Shown here in pieces: positions 18,981 to 29,024 of a DNA stretch of 64,000 nucleotides. The stretch is taken from assembly GCA_944377315.1 (NCBI GenBank), contig CALWEM010000011.1, positions 1,897 to 65,896 of the forward strand, read 5' to 3'. The position numbers were made by a program, and so were the translations under genes. The number at the start of each line of letters is the position of its first letter. Position 1 is the stretch's first letter. The stretch comes from an uncultured Clostridia bacterium (lineage in GTDB: Bacteria; Bacillota; Clostridia; Christensenellales; UBA1242). The notes under the pieces are model-generated. The model did not search any database and was not told the DNA's origin. It saw nothing but the letters and a program-made list of their open reading frames with translations.

Positions 18981-19687
18981 ATTTTTCTCGCGAATATGAT
19001 GGCTACAAAAAAGATGAAGTGAATGCCTACATAGAAAAATTGAAAGCAACAAGTGAATCCAAACTTATGGAAGAGCGTTTGAAGACTTTGGAAGCCGAAC
19101 GCCGTCTTCTTGATTTACGCAATCAACATCTTGAACTTCGCCACAAAGAAAAAAACATTTTGGAAGCAATTGATGTCATCGAGAAAGCCAAAAAATTCGA
19201 AGAAGAAGGTGCAAAAAGTTTCTATGCCCTTGTTTTTGACAAATTGCAACTTTTGGTGCAAGAGCTTGAAATCAAATTTCCTCACCTTAAAAATGACAAA
19301 GAATATGAAGAAATTTTGAATGAACTCATTTCCGTTATTAATGACTATAAGAACAAATTTTCAGTGGAAGCCAACATCACAAACCCTATCAACTCACCAA
19401 ATGACAGTATGCGCCTACTATTAAACAAAATGCAAGAATACAAAAAAGGTCAAGACTTTCCGCGTGAAATCCATATTTCCACAAATAAGAATGAAGAAGA
19501 TGAAATTCCGCCATATCTTCAATTTTTGCAAGCAAGAGAAGACCGACCATTAAATATTCAGCCAAGCATCCCACAAGATGTGAGTGAAAGCGGTTTCAGT
19601 TTTCAAGAAGCGCTTAATCCAAAAGAAAATTTGGAAGAGATTATGAAGGCTTTTGACTTCTATAACGAAGGCAAGAAAGGCAATTGA
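18977..19687 (+). CDS. DivIVA-domain protein
   Basis: N-terminal FSREYDGYKKDEVNAYIEKL matches the DivIVA F-x-x-x-x-x-GY-x-x-x-EV-x-x-(F/Y) motif, followed by coiled coil. Confidence 0.6.
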   Translation: MNFSREYDGYKKDEVNAYIEKLKATSESKLMEERLKTLEAERRLLDLRNQHLELRHKEKNILEAIDVIEKAKKFEEEGAKSFYALVFDKLQLLVQELEIKFPHLKNDKEYEEILNELISVINDYKNKFSVEANITNPINSPNDSMRLLLNKMQEYKKGQDFPREIHISTNKNEEDEIPPYLQFLQAREDRPLNIQPSIPQDVSESGFSFQEALNPKENLEEIMKAFDFYNEGKKGN

Positions 19688-19690
19688 ACG

Positions 19691-19727
19691 AAAAAAACAT
19701 ATTGACCAAAAGTTAATATGTTTTTTT
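19691..19727. terminator. Bidirectional terminator between convergent genes
   Basis: A7CATATT...AATATGT7 stem of 13 bp or more, with A/T runs on both sides. Lies between the stops at 19687 (+) and 19753 (-). Confidence 0.65.
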
Positions 19728-19752
19728 ACATTTTTTTATGAAACGAATTTAT

Positions 19753-20721
19753 TTAGAAAAATAAAGTTAAAAACATTCCAGACACAACACCGATGAAAAA
19801 TTGAAGGAAAATTATACCCAAACTCTTCAGTGGATGTTTTTTATTTCTTGACACAAGAATGAAAAGACCAACTCCTGCTCCCGTTGTGAGCCCTGCCACA
19901 AGTGCTGGAAAACATAACCCACCTTCAAGGAAAAATTCCACAAGGAAAACACTGGAAGCACAATTTGGAATAAGACCAACCAAACTTGCAATCAAAATTT
20001 GAATGAAAGGATTATTTGTCAAAATTGTTTCAAAAATTTCAATTGAAAAGTAGCCCACCAAAATGTTAATCACAAAAGTTGCCAAAAGGACATAGATCGA
20101 AATTTCAAAAGTGTGCAAAAAAGCATCAAGGAAGATGTTGTCAGCACAATTATCGCCGTGCGTGTGATGGCAATGACTGTCGCACTCTTCGGTGTGAATA
20201 TGTCCGCACTCGTGTTCGTGATGATGCGTGTGCTTTTCTTCTTCAAACGATTTTTCAATTTGCGAAAGACTTTCAAGATTTTTCTCTTCCACTCTTTTTC
20301 TTTTCATTTTTGAGAAAAGTTCCACCACAAAATCAATTCCATATCCCCACAAAAGTGCAAGCACAATTTTGATACCAATCAAGATAAGCATATCCAAAAC
20401 ACTCTCTGGCGTGGAAATCATAATTGGAATTGCCTCGTCCGAAGTCGCCACAAAAACGGCAACTAATGTGCCCAAAGTGACTTTTTGTTTGGAGTATAAG
20501 TCAGCAATAACGGTCGAAAAACCGCACTGTGGAACACAGCCCAAAAAGGATGCATATAAAACGCTTGTGCGCTTTTGCTTGCTCAAAAATCCAGAAAATT
20601 TGTGGTTATGGTCGTGCGAAAGGTATGCAACAAGAAGATATGCCAAAAACAAAATCGGCACCATCTTCAAAACATCTAAAACTGCATCCAAAATTGCATC
20701 ATAAAAAATCTCTTGCCACAT
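19753..20721 (-). CDS. Putative heavy-metal transporter (ArsP_2/DUF2899-like, 10-TM) with a His/Cys-rich loop
   Basis: Motif GCVPQCGFSTV...VFVATSDEAIPI. Central loop KHTHHHEHECGHIHTEECDSHCHHTHGDNC. The family name is recalled from memory. Confidence 0.55.
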   Translation of the reverse strand: MWQEIFYDAILDAVLDVLKMVPILFLAYLLVAYLSHDHNHKFSGFLSKQKRTSVLYASFLGCVPQCGFSTVIADLYSKQKVTLGTLVAVFVATSDEAIPIMISTPESVLDMLILIGIKIVLALLWGYGIDFVVELFSKMKRKRVEEKNLESLSQIEKSFEEEKHTHHHEHECGHIHTEECDSHCHHTHGDNCADNIFLDAFLHTFEISIYVLLATFVINILVGYFSIEIFETILTNNPFIQILIASLVGLIPNCASSVFLVEFFLEGGLCFPALVAGLTTGAGVGLFILVSRNKKHPLKSLGIIFLQFFIGVVSGMFLTLFF

Positions 20722-20786
20722 AGTCGAATATTATTATACACTCATAAAATAAATTTGTAAAGAAATATTGAAAAATAAATTTTGGT

Positions 20787-20815
20787 TTGACATATTATAT
20801 GTTTCTGTGATAAAT
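20787..20815 (+). promoter_or_regulatory. Sigma-A-type promoter of the ABC transporter gene (leaderless configuration)
   Basis: TTGACA, 17 nt, ATAAAT, then 7 nt to ATG 20823. No Shine-Dalgarno. Confidence 0.5.
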
Positions 20816-20822
20816 TATATTT

Positions 20823-22928
20823 ATGGAAGAAAACAAAGACAACATAATCCTTTCCATTCAAAAGGTAAACAAGAAATATAAACTTGACAAAACTCAATCT
20901 TTTCAAGCTCTTTTTGATGTTTCACTTGACTTTAAAATGGGCGAACTTGTTTCCATTGTCGGTGAAAGTGGAAGTGGAAAAAGCACACTTATGAATTTGA
21001 TTGGCGGACTTGATTCTCTTTTCGATGGAAAAATCATTGTTGACAACAAAAATTTGAGAGAACTTTCTCCAAAAGAACTCGACAGATATCGTAAAGATAA
21101 AGTTGGGTTTGTTTTTCAATCCTTCAATCTCATTCCATATTTGTCCATTCTTGAAAATGTCACAATGGCACTTACTCTTTCCAATGTCAGCGAGAAAGAA
21201 AAGGAAGAGCGTGCCACAAAAATACTCAAAAGTGTCGGTCTTCAATATCATATGAAGAAAAAGCCTTCTCAACTTTCCGGCGGACAAAAACAGCGTGTGG
21301 CAATTGCAAGAGCGTTAATAAATGACCCAGATATCATCATTGCTGACGAACCAACAGGTGCACTCGACAGTGCCACATCAATGCAAATCTTGAAAATTTT
21401 GAAGAAAATTGCAGACAGCGGAAAACTTGTCATAATGGTCACCCACTCTGAAAAGGTTGCCAAAGTTTCTTCGCGTGTCATTGAGATATCTGACGGCAGA
21501 ATTGTCAGCGACAAAATAAATCCTTCATATAAGGCACACAAGGAAAAAATTTCGCAAACCAAAAAAAATCCAACAAAACAATATCTTTCAGTATATTCTG
21601 CTCTCCATTTGTCATTTTTGAATATGTGGGCGAACAAAACCAAAAACTTCTTTATGTCATTTGGCGTGGCAATCGGAATCGGCAGTTTAATCTTGATGCT
21701 GTGTTTCAGTTTTGGGATTTCCAACTACATAAACGACACACGAGCCTCTTTTTCTGACCCAACCATTGTCACAATTTCGAAAAAATCGACCACAAGCGAT
21801 ATGAAGTCATATGAACAGTTTACTGACGAAGAAATCACGAATATAATCGATGATTTGAATAAGTTTCTTGAAAAAAATAACTATAATTTTGTGATAGACA
21901 CCGGCAGCGAAGAAAAAAATGTCACATATGGGTTTGAAGCATTTGCCACTGATGTTTTGGGTGGCGGACTTTCAGCCAGCATAAGTTGTGATTTCAATCT
22001 TGACGGCGAATACACTGAAGATGAAACGATGAAGATTTATTATCTATACTCCACACCACCATATTATGGTGACAAAAATTTAATCAAAGGCGAGATGTCT
22101 TCAAGTGAAGGCGGAATAATGGTCAACTCTTCAATATTGCAAATATTTGACGATTTGGACTCGGCACTTGGAAAAAAGGTGAAAATCACAATAAACTATG
22201 ACAGCGGTGTGAACTCAAGTGACACATTACTTGAAAACGAAGTTTCATCAATGGCACAAGAAACCTTTTTCTTTGAAAATATCACCGCCATTGTGGACAC
22301 ATCTTTCTTGTCCAATTATCCAATTATGTATATTGACTATGACCTATTAGAATATCATTTTGAGCGTCTTTTAGGCGAAAAATTGTCGCCAAATTCAATA
22401 TATATCAAAACGCCAAACGAGAAAATCACAAATGCGATAAATTCCTATCTTCAAGAAAATTATTCAAATGAGCTCACTGGTGCAATTGAAAATAGTTTGG
22501 CATCCATTCTTGGAGAAATGGGCAATATTATCGGCACTTCTCTTATTGTTATCTCACTTGTCGCCTTGCTCGTTTCCGCCATAATGATTTTAGTGGTTAT
22601 GCATATGAGCGTCACCGAACGCACAAAAGAAATTGGCGTTTTGAAATCTATCGGCGCACGAAAGAGTGATATCGGACGCCTGTTTTCTTGTGAAAGCCTG
22701 CTTATCGGATTTTTCAGTGGACTTATGGGACTTGTTGTCAGCGGAGTATTAATCCTTGTCGCCTACCTATGTTTAATTCATCTTGTCGGGCTTGCGCCAA
22801 TCACATTCAAGTGGTATTTTGTGGCAATCGCGCTGGGTGTTTCCATCGTCATTTCCACTTTGAGTGGAATATACCCTGCCCAACGCGCGGCGAACCTTGA
22901 CCCAGTCGAAGCTTTAAGGAGAGAATAA
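20823..22928 (+). CDS. MacB-type ABC transporter, fused ATPase and FtsX-family permease
   Basis: Walker A GESGSGKST, signature LSGGQKQRVAIARAL, Walker B IIIADEPT. A large extracytoplasmic domain lies between the first TM helix and a C-terminal FtsX-like 3-TM bundle. Confidence 0.85.
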   Translation: MEENKDNIILSIQKVNKKYKLDKTQSFQALFDVSLDFKMGELVSIVGESGSGKSTLMNLIGGLDSLFDGKIIVDNKNLRELSPKELDRYRKDKVGFVFQSFNLIPYLSILENVTMALTLSNVSEKEKEERATKILKSVGLQYHMKKKPSQLSGGQKQRVAIARALINDPDIIIADEPTGALDSATSMQILKILKKIADSGKLVIMVTHSEKVAKVSSRVIEISDGRIVSDKINPSYKAHKEKISQTKKNPTKQYLSVYSALHLSFLNMWANKTKNFFMSFGVAIGIGSLILMLCFSFGISNYINDTRASFSDPTIVTISKKSTTSDMKSYEQFTDEEITNIIDDLNKFLEKNNYNFVIDTGSEEKNVTYGFEAFATDVLGGGLSASISCDFNLDGEYTEDETMKIYYLYSTPPYYGDKNLIKGEMSSSEGGIMVNSSILQIFDDLDSALGKKVKITINYDSGVNSSDTLLENEVSSMAQETFFFENITAIVDTSFLSNYPIMYIDYDLLEYHFERLLGEKLSPNSIYIKTPNEKITNAINSYLQENYSNELTGAIENSLASILGEMGNIIGTSLIVISLVALLVSAIMILVVMHMSVTERTKEIGVLKSIGARKSDIGRLFSCESLLIGFFSGLMGLVVSGVLILVAYLCLIHLVGLAPITFKWYFVAIALGVSIVISTLSGIYPAQRAANLDPVEALRRE

Positions 22929-23603
22929 ATGGATTGGAAAGAAAAAGTGGAAAATTTCCTGACAAATTCCAGCGAAGAAAAACTTGCTGAATTTCACAAA
23001 AGACTTGTTGACACAAAACACAAAATATATGGAGTAAGAACCTTGGCTCTCAAAAATTTTGCCAAAGCTCTTTCAAAAGAAAACTGTCCTGTTGACGCCA
23101 TCAAACCAAACTCACACGAGGAGATTTTAATCCGTGGTTTCTTGCTTTCAAACTGTAAATATGACGACAAGAAAACCATCACTGAATTAAAGAAATTTCT
23201 TGATGAAATTGACAACTGGGCAACCTGCGATATGATTGTCGGCTCGCTCAAAAATTTGACGAGCGAATATGCTTTCAACTTCTTTATCGAAAATCTTTCA
23301 AAGCCATCTCCATTCAAAAAGCGTGTTGGCATTGTTGGTCTTATGGACTATTTTCTATGCGATGAAAAACTCGATGTTGTGATTGAAAACTTATTAAAAA
23401 TTGATGATGAAAATTACTATGTCAAAATGGCAATTGCGTGGCTTTTGTGCACGCTTATCTGCAAAAATTATGAATATGGCGTTTTTGCTCTTCAAAAGTT
23501 TCAAGACAAATTTGTGAGAAATAAAGCAATTTCAAAGTGCCAAGACAGTTTTCGACTTGACAAAGAGAAAAAAGAAAAATTGAAAAAATTGAGAATTTCT
23601 TAA
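22929..23603 (+). CDS. DNA alkylation repair protein (AlkD-like HEAT-repeat family)
   Basis: Size and helical-repeat pattern fit, with a NWATCDM motif. ATG abuts the ABC transporter stop. Confidence 0.55.
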   Translation: MDWKEKVENFLTNSSEEKLAEFHKRLVDTKHKIYGVRTLALKNFAKALSKENCPVDAIKPNSHEEILIRGFLLSNCKYDDKKTITELKKFLDEIDNWATCDMIVGSLKNLTSEYAFNFFIENLSKPSPFKKRVGIVGLMDYFLCDEKLDVVIENLLKIDDENYYVKMAIAWLLCTLICKNYEYGVFALQKFQDKFVRNKAISKCQDSFRLDKEKKEKLKKLRIS

Positions 23604-23652
23604 CCTTAATTTATATATAAAATAAAAAAAGAATACATTTGTATTCTTTAAT

Positions 23653-24003
23653 TTATTTGTTGTCTGCTGATTTAACTTTGGCAGCTTTTCCAGTGAGTTC
23701 GCGAACATAATAGAGTTTTGCTCTTCTTGGTTTACCACTTCTAACCACTTCAATGCTTGCGATTTTTGGTGAATGGATAGGATAAGTTTTTTCCACACCA
23801 ACGCCATAAGAGATTTTTCTCACAGTGAATGTTTCTCTAACGCCACCATTTTTTCTTGCAATAACGACACCTTCAAAGGCTTGGATTCTTTCTTTGTCAC
23901 CTTCTTTGATTTTGACATTGACTCTAACAGTGTCGCCAACCGAGAAAGTAGGAACAGACTCTTTCATATTTTCTCTTTCAATTTGGTCGATTATATTTGC
24001 CAT
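23653..24003 (-). CDS. rplS: 50S ribosomal protein L19
   Basis: Canonical L19 sequence ([33 protein letters not shown]...FTVRKIS.GVGVE). Confidence 0.95.
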   Translation of the reverse strand: MANIIDQIERENMKESVPTFSVGDTVRVNVKIKEGDKERIQAFEGVVIARKNGGVRETFTVRKISYGVGVEKTYPIHSPKIASIEVVRSGKPRRAKLYYVRELTGKAAKVKSADNK

Positions 24004-24153
24004 TGACTTATCTCCTTTTTTCAGATTTTCGACATAATGCTCATAATATATATAAATAACAGCGGAACATCAGAAGTCGTTTTAAGTATAGCATAACAAA
24101 AAACAAAAAATCAAGTGTTTTGGCAAAAAAATAAAAAATAAGGTTAAAAAACC

Positions 24154-24507
24154 TTACATAAAAGCATTTTCAATATGATTAATTTCATTGTCCACGATTT
24201 CAACGACATCAAATCGCACATCAGAATCAAGATTTTTGGTTTTGTTGAGATAATATTCTGCCACTTTTTTGATGGTTCGTTCCTTTCGATAGTCAATCGC
24301 TTCAATCGGACGCCCATACTGAAAAGAAAGACGCCTTTTGACTTCCACAAAAACAATCGTTTTTTTGTGACGAGCAATGATATCAATCTCACCAAACTTT
24401 GTGCTGAATTTGGTTGCCAAAATTTTGTAACCTTTCTTTTTCAGCAGATTCACACTCAAAACTTCGCCAATATCGCCTTTAATTTTGTTTAATCTCTTAT
24501 TTTCCAT
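24154..24507 (-). CDS. yraN: YraN family endonuclease (UPF0102)
   Basis: G..GE..A...L...GY.IL..N......GEIDIIA....T.VFVEVK pattern. Confidence 0.85.
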   Translation of the reverse strand: MENKRLNKIKGDIGEVLSVNLLKKKGYKILATKFSTKFGEIDIIARHKKTIVFVEVKRRLSFQYGRPIEAIDYRKERTIKKVAEYYLNKTKNLDSDVRFDVVEIVDNEINHIENAFM

Positions 24508-24662
24508 AATCTCTCTTTCAAACTTTTATAGTCAAATTACTTTTTCATAATTATATTAAAAATTGTCCATTAAAGCAAAAAAATCATAAAAAAGATTGTA
24601 AATTGAATTTTTCGAAAACCTTTCTTACGCAATCTTTCTTAAAATCGAAAGCATAAAGAAAG

Positions 24663-25472
24663 TTAATCAAGAGTTATTTTGCCAATGCGACCTTTGCGAA
24701 AATCATCGACAAAAGAATAACTTGCCCGTTCCAAGTCAATTTCACCGCCGTTTGTGACATACTTACGCAATTTGGCAATATCTTCAACCGATTGGCAATT
24801 TGGATAGCGTTTTGAAATCAATGAAGAATATTTTTCTTGAAGAAGAGCAAAAAGTTCTTCGGCAAGTGAAACAAATTCCAAAACTTCATCTCTCACACTT
24901 CCAACAAATGCCAGTTTTTTGGCAACTTCTTGGTCGTCAATATTTGGATAGAGTGTGCCAGGCGTGTCATAGATTTCAATGCCATCACCAACATTCAACC
25001 ACTGACCGCTTTTTGTGACCCCAGCACGATTGCCTGTTATTGTTTTTGCTTTCTTGCAAAGATTATTGACAAGCGAACTCTTGCCACTGTTTGGCACTCC
25101 CACCACCATCACGCGAATGGTTGGCTTGACACCTTTTTTGAGATATTTTTCAATTTTTGCTTTTGCCAGTTTCTTTATTTTGGCAAGCACTAACTCACTT
25201 TTGAAAGAAGTGGAGTTGAAAAGTAAAAAGTCCTTGTTTTCACCAACAAAATTTGTCAAAAGATCCTTCACTCGTTTTTCATCGGCAAGGTCAATTTTGT
25301 TGATGAGAAAAAGAATAGGTTTTCCTTCAGCAATTTTTGATAAAGTTGGATTGAGTGAAGAAAGTGGAATTCTGGCATCCAAAACATAGACACAAACATC
25401 AACTTTTTTGAGTTGATTTTCAATGTCTTTGAGTGCCTTATGCATATGTCCTGGAAACCAATTAATTTTCAT
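24663..25472 (-). CDS. rbgA: Ribosome biogenesis GTPase A (YlqF/RbgA)
   Basis: Starts MKINWFPGHMHKA. Circularly permuted GTPase motifs (NKIDL, then GVPNSGKSSLVN, then DTPG). Start at ATG 25472 behind a GGAAGAA RBS. Confidence 0.9.
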   Translation of the reverse strand: MKINWFPGHMHKALKDIENQLKKVDVCVYVLDARIPLSSLNPTLSKIAEGKPILFLINKIDLADEKRVKDLLTNFVGENKDFLLFNSTSFKSELVLAKIKKLAKAKIEKYLKKGVKPTIRVMVVGVPNSGKSSLVNNLCKKAKTITGNRAGVTKSGQWLNVGDGIEIYDTPGTLYPNIDDQEVAKKLAFVGSVRDEVLEFVSLAEELFALLQEKYSSLISKRYPNCQSVEDIAKLRKYVTNGGEIDLERASYSFVDDFRKGRIGKITLD

Positions 25473-25533
25473 AAATTCTTCCTTTTTATCAATATCTTGC
25501 TGTGCTATGCAGTGCATAACACACAATGTATAG

Positions 25534-26196
25534 TTATTCCATCAAATCCGCACGCTTTTGTTTGGTGATTTTCAAACTTTCATCATTTCGCCATTTTTCG
25601 ACTTCTTGATGATTCCCAGACAACAAAACTTCTGGGACTTTCAAACCTTGAAATTCACTTGGTCTTGTGTATTGCGGATATTCCAAAAGCCCATTTGAAA
25701 AACTTTCGCAATCCAAACTCTCTCGCTTGATAACGCCATCGACAAATCTTGAAAGCGTGTCAATAATCACCATTGCTGGAAGTTCTCCGCCGGTCAAAAC
25801 ATAGTCGCCAATTGAGATTTCATCAATATCAAAAAGTTGAAAAACACGCTCATCCACGCCTTCATAATGCCCACAAACAAAAATGATATGCTCAAATTTC
25901 GATAACTCTTTTGCCACATTTTGACAAAAAACTCTCCCGCGTGGTGAAGGGAAAATGATTTTGGAATTATCTTTTTTCACGCTTTTGATGGCATCATAAA
26001 GTGGTTGCACCGTCATAAGCATCCCAGCGCCACCGCCAAAAGGATAGTCATCACATTTTTTATGTTTGTCCTTTGAAAAATCGCGAATATTGACTATATT
26101 GAACTCCAAAAGTCCATTTTCTTCTGCTCGTTTCAATATGCTTGATTTCAGCGGAGCGAACATTTCTGGAAAAAGAGTCAAAATATCAATTTTCAT
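25534..26196 (-). CDS. trmD: tRNA (guanine37-N1)-methyltransferase TrmD
   Basis: MKIDILTLFPEMF N-terminus, CGHYEGVDERV, LTGGELPAMV. Confidence 0.95.
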   Translation of the reverse strand: MKIDILTLFPEMFAPLKSSILKRAEENGLLEFNIVNIRDFSKDKHKKCDDYPFGGGAGMLMTVQPLYDAIKSVKKDNSKIIFPSPRGRVFCQNVAKELSKFEHIIFVCGHYEGVDERVFQLFDIDEISIGDYVLTGGELPAMVIIDTLSRFVDGVIKRESLDCESFSNGLLEYPQYTRPSEFQGLKVPEVLLSGNHQEVEKWRNDESLKITKQKRADLME

Positions 26197-26686
26197 AATC
26201 CGTCTTCGCCCCCTCATATTCCTTTCTAATCACAAATAAGGTTCCGTTTTTGTTTTTGAAAATATCTTTGACAAAAGGCAGTTGATAGAGTCTTTCACCT
26301 TCTTTCACAATAATGACATCATCAAACCCAAAATTTTCCACGCCCATAATTTGTCCGACATACTCATTGTTTTCATCAAACAAAGTTTGTCCAACCATAT
26401 CGTCAATGAGATAGACATTTGAAGGAATTTTATAAAATTCTTCTTTGTTGATATAAACAAGTTGATTTCTCAATTTTTCAGCATCGTTTCGCGATAAAAC
26501 ACCATCAAATCTCACATAGGCAAAACCCAAACGATAGGAAGACGAGAGAGTTTTGACAGGCTTTTTGTCGATAAAAAACTCGTGTTTACCATTAAAAATC
26601 GCAGGAATATCAACAAGTGGAGCAATTTTAACTTCACCCTTAATACCCTGCGGTTTAACAATTTTTCCAACGCACAAAAATTCCAT
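26186..26686 (-). CDS. rimM: 16S rRNA processing protein RimM
   Basis: G.I.KPQGIKGEVKI N-terminus and a PRC-barrel C-terminus. Conserved rimM-trmD order. Confidence 0.9.
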   Translation of the reverse strand: MEFLCVGKIVKPQGIKGEVKIAPLVDIPAIFNGKHEFFIDKKPVKTLSSSYRLGFAYVRFDGVLSRNDAEKLRNQLVYINKEEFYKIPSNVYLIDDMVGQTLFDENNEYVGQIMGVENFGFDDVIIVKEGERLYQLPFVKDIFKNKNGTLFVIRKEYEGAKTDYEN

Positions 26687-26916
26687 CAGTCACCAAATTT
26701 CACAAAAACTTTTTTGTGTTCTTTCGCACCAATAGATTTGATGATTGTTCTTATGCTACTTGCCATTTTGCCGTTTTTACCGATAACTTTACCGATATCA
26801 TCACTTGCCACCTTAACAAAGAATGTGATGGATTTTTCATCTTCTTCCTTTGTCACTTCCACTTCATTCTCTTCTTTCACAAGTGTTTTCACTAATAGTT
26901 CAAGTAATTGTTGCAT
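26686..26916 (-). CDS. KH-domain RNA-binding protein (YlqC/UPF0109)
   Basis: 76 aa with a GKVIGKNGK KH motif, between rpsP and rimM. Confidence 0.85.
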   Translation of the reverse strand: MQQLLELLVKTLVKEENEVEVTKEEDEKSITFFVKVASDDIGKVIGKNGKMASSIRTIIKSIGAKEHKKVFVKFGD

Positions 26917-26940
26917 ATTTTCTCCTTAATTTGAAAAAAC

Positions 26941-27198
26941 TTATTTATTTTCAGTTGAAATAACACCACTCTTAACCAAAATTGACTTTGCAGTTTCAGT
27001 TGGAAGTGCACCGTTTTTAAGCCATTTTGTTGCTTTTTCATTGTCGATTTTGATTTCTGCAGGATTTGTGAGCGGATTGTAAGTTCCGATGATATCGATG
27101 AATTTACCATCTCTTGGGCTCTTTGAATCTGCAACAACAACACGGTAGAAAGGTGATTTTTTATCTCCCATTCTTGTGAGTCTAATTTTAACAGCCAT
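26941..27198 (-). CDS. rpsP: 30S ribosomal protein S16
   Basis: [31 protein letters not shown]. Start at ATG 27198 behind a GGAGAG RBS; the ORF track over-extends to 27246. Confidence 0.95.
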   Translation of the reverse strand: MAVKIRLTRMGDKKSPFYRVVVADSKSPRDGKFIDIIGTYNPLTNPAEIKIDNEKATKWLKNGALPTETAKSILVKSGVISTENK

Positions 27199-27271
27199 TT
27201 TTTCTCTCCTTTTAATTAAAATTTCTTTTGTTATATAAACCAACAAATGTTGGAGTATACCAATTTCTCAA

Positions 27272-28594
27272 TCACATTCCAAACATACCACGCAATCCAC
27301 CGCGTTTGTTGTTTTTGAGTTGTTTCATCATCTCTTTGGATTGCTCAAACTGTTTCAGAAGTTGATTGACTTGCTGGATACTTGTTCCACTTCCATCGGC
27401 AATACGCTTTCGCCTGCTTGCCTTGATTATTTCTGGATTTCTTCTTTCTTCAATGGTCATACTTTGAATGATTGCCTTGTTCACTTGAAGTTGCTTCTCA
27501 TCAATAACCACACCTTTAAGTTTGCTTGAAGCACCCGGAAGCATCTTCAAAATGTCGTTTATTCCACCCATCTTCTTCAAATTTTCCATCTGAACAAGAT
27601 AATCTTCAAAAGTGAAGGAATTTTCTCGAAATTTTGCTTCAAGTTTCTTTGCTTCTTCTTCCGTTACTGCTTCTTGTGCTTTTTCAATAAGCGACAACAC
27701 ATCGCCCATATCCAAAATTCGTCCGGCAATACGGTCTGGGTAAAATGGTTCAATGTCGCCAATCTTTTCGCCGACACCAGAAAACTTGATTGGCTTTCCA
27801 GTGATTGCTTTGATTGAAAGCGCCGCACCACCACGAGTGTCGCCATCAAGTTTGGTCAAAATGACGCCCGATATGTCCAAATCGTTGTTGAAACTTTCAC
27901 TGATTGTCACAGCGTCTTGACCAGTCATCGCATCCACAACAAGCAAAATCTCTTGTGGCTTGACTTCTTTCTTGATTTCTTTAAGTTCGTTCATCAACTC
28001 TTCATTTATGTGAAGTCGCCCAGCCGTGTCGATGATAACAACATCAAAACCTTGCTTCTTGGCGTGGTCAATTGCTTGTTTCGCCGTTTTGACAGGATTT
28101 TGTGTTCCCCGCTCAAACACTTCACAATTTGCTTGTTTCCCAACAACTTGAAGTTGATTTATGGCAGCTGGTCGATAGATATCACACGCAACCAAAAGTG
28201 GTTTTTTGCCACTTTTCTTCAGATAAGCCCCGAGTTTTCCGCACATTGTGGTTTTTCCTGCACCTTGAAGTCCGCACATCATAATGATTGACGGATTGTG
28301 TGATAATTGCAATTTTTGGTCGGTGCTGGACATCAGTTTCACAAGTTCATCACGAACAATTTTGATGACCATTTGACCCGGCGTCAAGCTTTTCATCACA
28401 TCTTCGCCCAATGCCTTTTCCGAAACATCATTAATGAACTTCTTTGCCACCATATAGTTGACATCAGCTTCCAAAAGTGCAATTCGCACTTCTCGCATCG
28501 CTTCTTTGATTTCAAGTTCAGTGAGTTTCCCGCGTTTGGTTAGTTTTGAAAATATATGATTTAATCTTTCAGATAAGTTTGAAAAAATTGCCAT
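27272..28594 (-). CDS. ffh: Signal recognition particle protein Ffh
   Basis: N, G and M domains: GLQGAGKTT, DTAGR, TKLDGD, and a Met-rich C-terminus. Confidence 0.95.
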   Translation of the reverse strand: MAIFSNLSERLNHIFSKLTKRGKLTELEIKEAMREVRIALLEADVNYMVAKKFINDVSEKALGEDVMKSLTPGQMVIKIVRDELVKLMSSTDQKLQLSHNPSIIMMCGLQGAGKTTMCGKLGAYLKKSGKKPLLVACDIYRPAAINQLQVVGKQANCEVFERGTQNPVKTAKQAIDHAKKQGFDVVIIDTAGRLHINEELMNELKEIKKEVKPQEILLVVDAMTGQDAVTISESFNNDLDISGVILTKLDGDTRGGAALSIKAITGKPIKFSGVGEKIGDIEPFYPDRIAGRILDMGDVLSLIEKAQEAVTEEEAKKLEAKFRENSFTFEDYLVQMENLKKMGGINDILKMLPGASSKLKGVVIDEKQLQVNKAIIQSMTIEERRNPEIIKASRRKRIADGSGTSIQQVNQLLKQFEQSKEMMKQLKNNKRGGLRGMFGM

Positions 28595-28911
28595 TACATA
28601 TCTCCTAAAATTTCATCGACTTTTCTTTTTGTTTCTTCCAAAGTTTTTGTGTTTTTCATCTCTTTCAGTTTGTTTTTTATTTTTAATATATTCAAAACCT
28701 TTTCATACTCTTCAAGTTTCTCGCACGATTTTGTGATACTGTCCAAAACCGCCTGTCTTGATATCTTTTTCTCATCGGAAATTTCTGCAAGTGTCATATT
28801 GAAAGCAAAATACATCGTCATTATGTTTTGTCTTTCATCACTCAAAAGTTTGCCATATATTTCAAAAAGTTCTCCATAGCGAATAAAATCATTGAGTTCT
28901 ATTTTTGCCAT
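28594..28911 (-). CDS. ylxM: YlxM/p13-like helix-turn-helix protein (UPF0122)
   Basis: 105 aa with the sigma-70 region-4-like HTH LAEISDEKKISRQAV. Conserved position upstream of ffh. Confidence 0.8.
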   Translation of the reverse strand: MAKIELNDFIRYGELFEIYGKLLSDERQNIMTMYFAFNMTLAEISDEKKISRQAVLDSITKSCEKLEEYEKVLNILKIKNKLKEMKNTKTLEETKRKVDEILGDM

Positions 28912-29024
28912 TTGCCACCTTTTTGTAAAGTCATTTTACTTTACATTTTGTATTATATCAAATATTTTCTTAAAATGCAACCATTTATCGCAATATTTTT
29001 GAAAAAGTTGCCTTTCCGCGCCAC

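Noticed and set aside
16317-23603. The plus-strand block as a horizontally acquired island
   Set aside because: There are no integrase, tRNA, flanking direct repeats or obvious compositional break by eye. It contains the core genes lgt and a divIVA-like gene. A strand switch alone is insufficient evidence.
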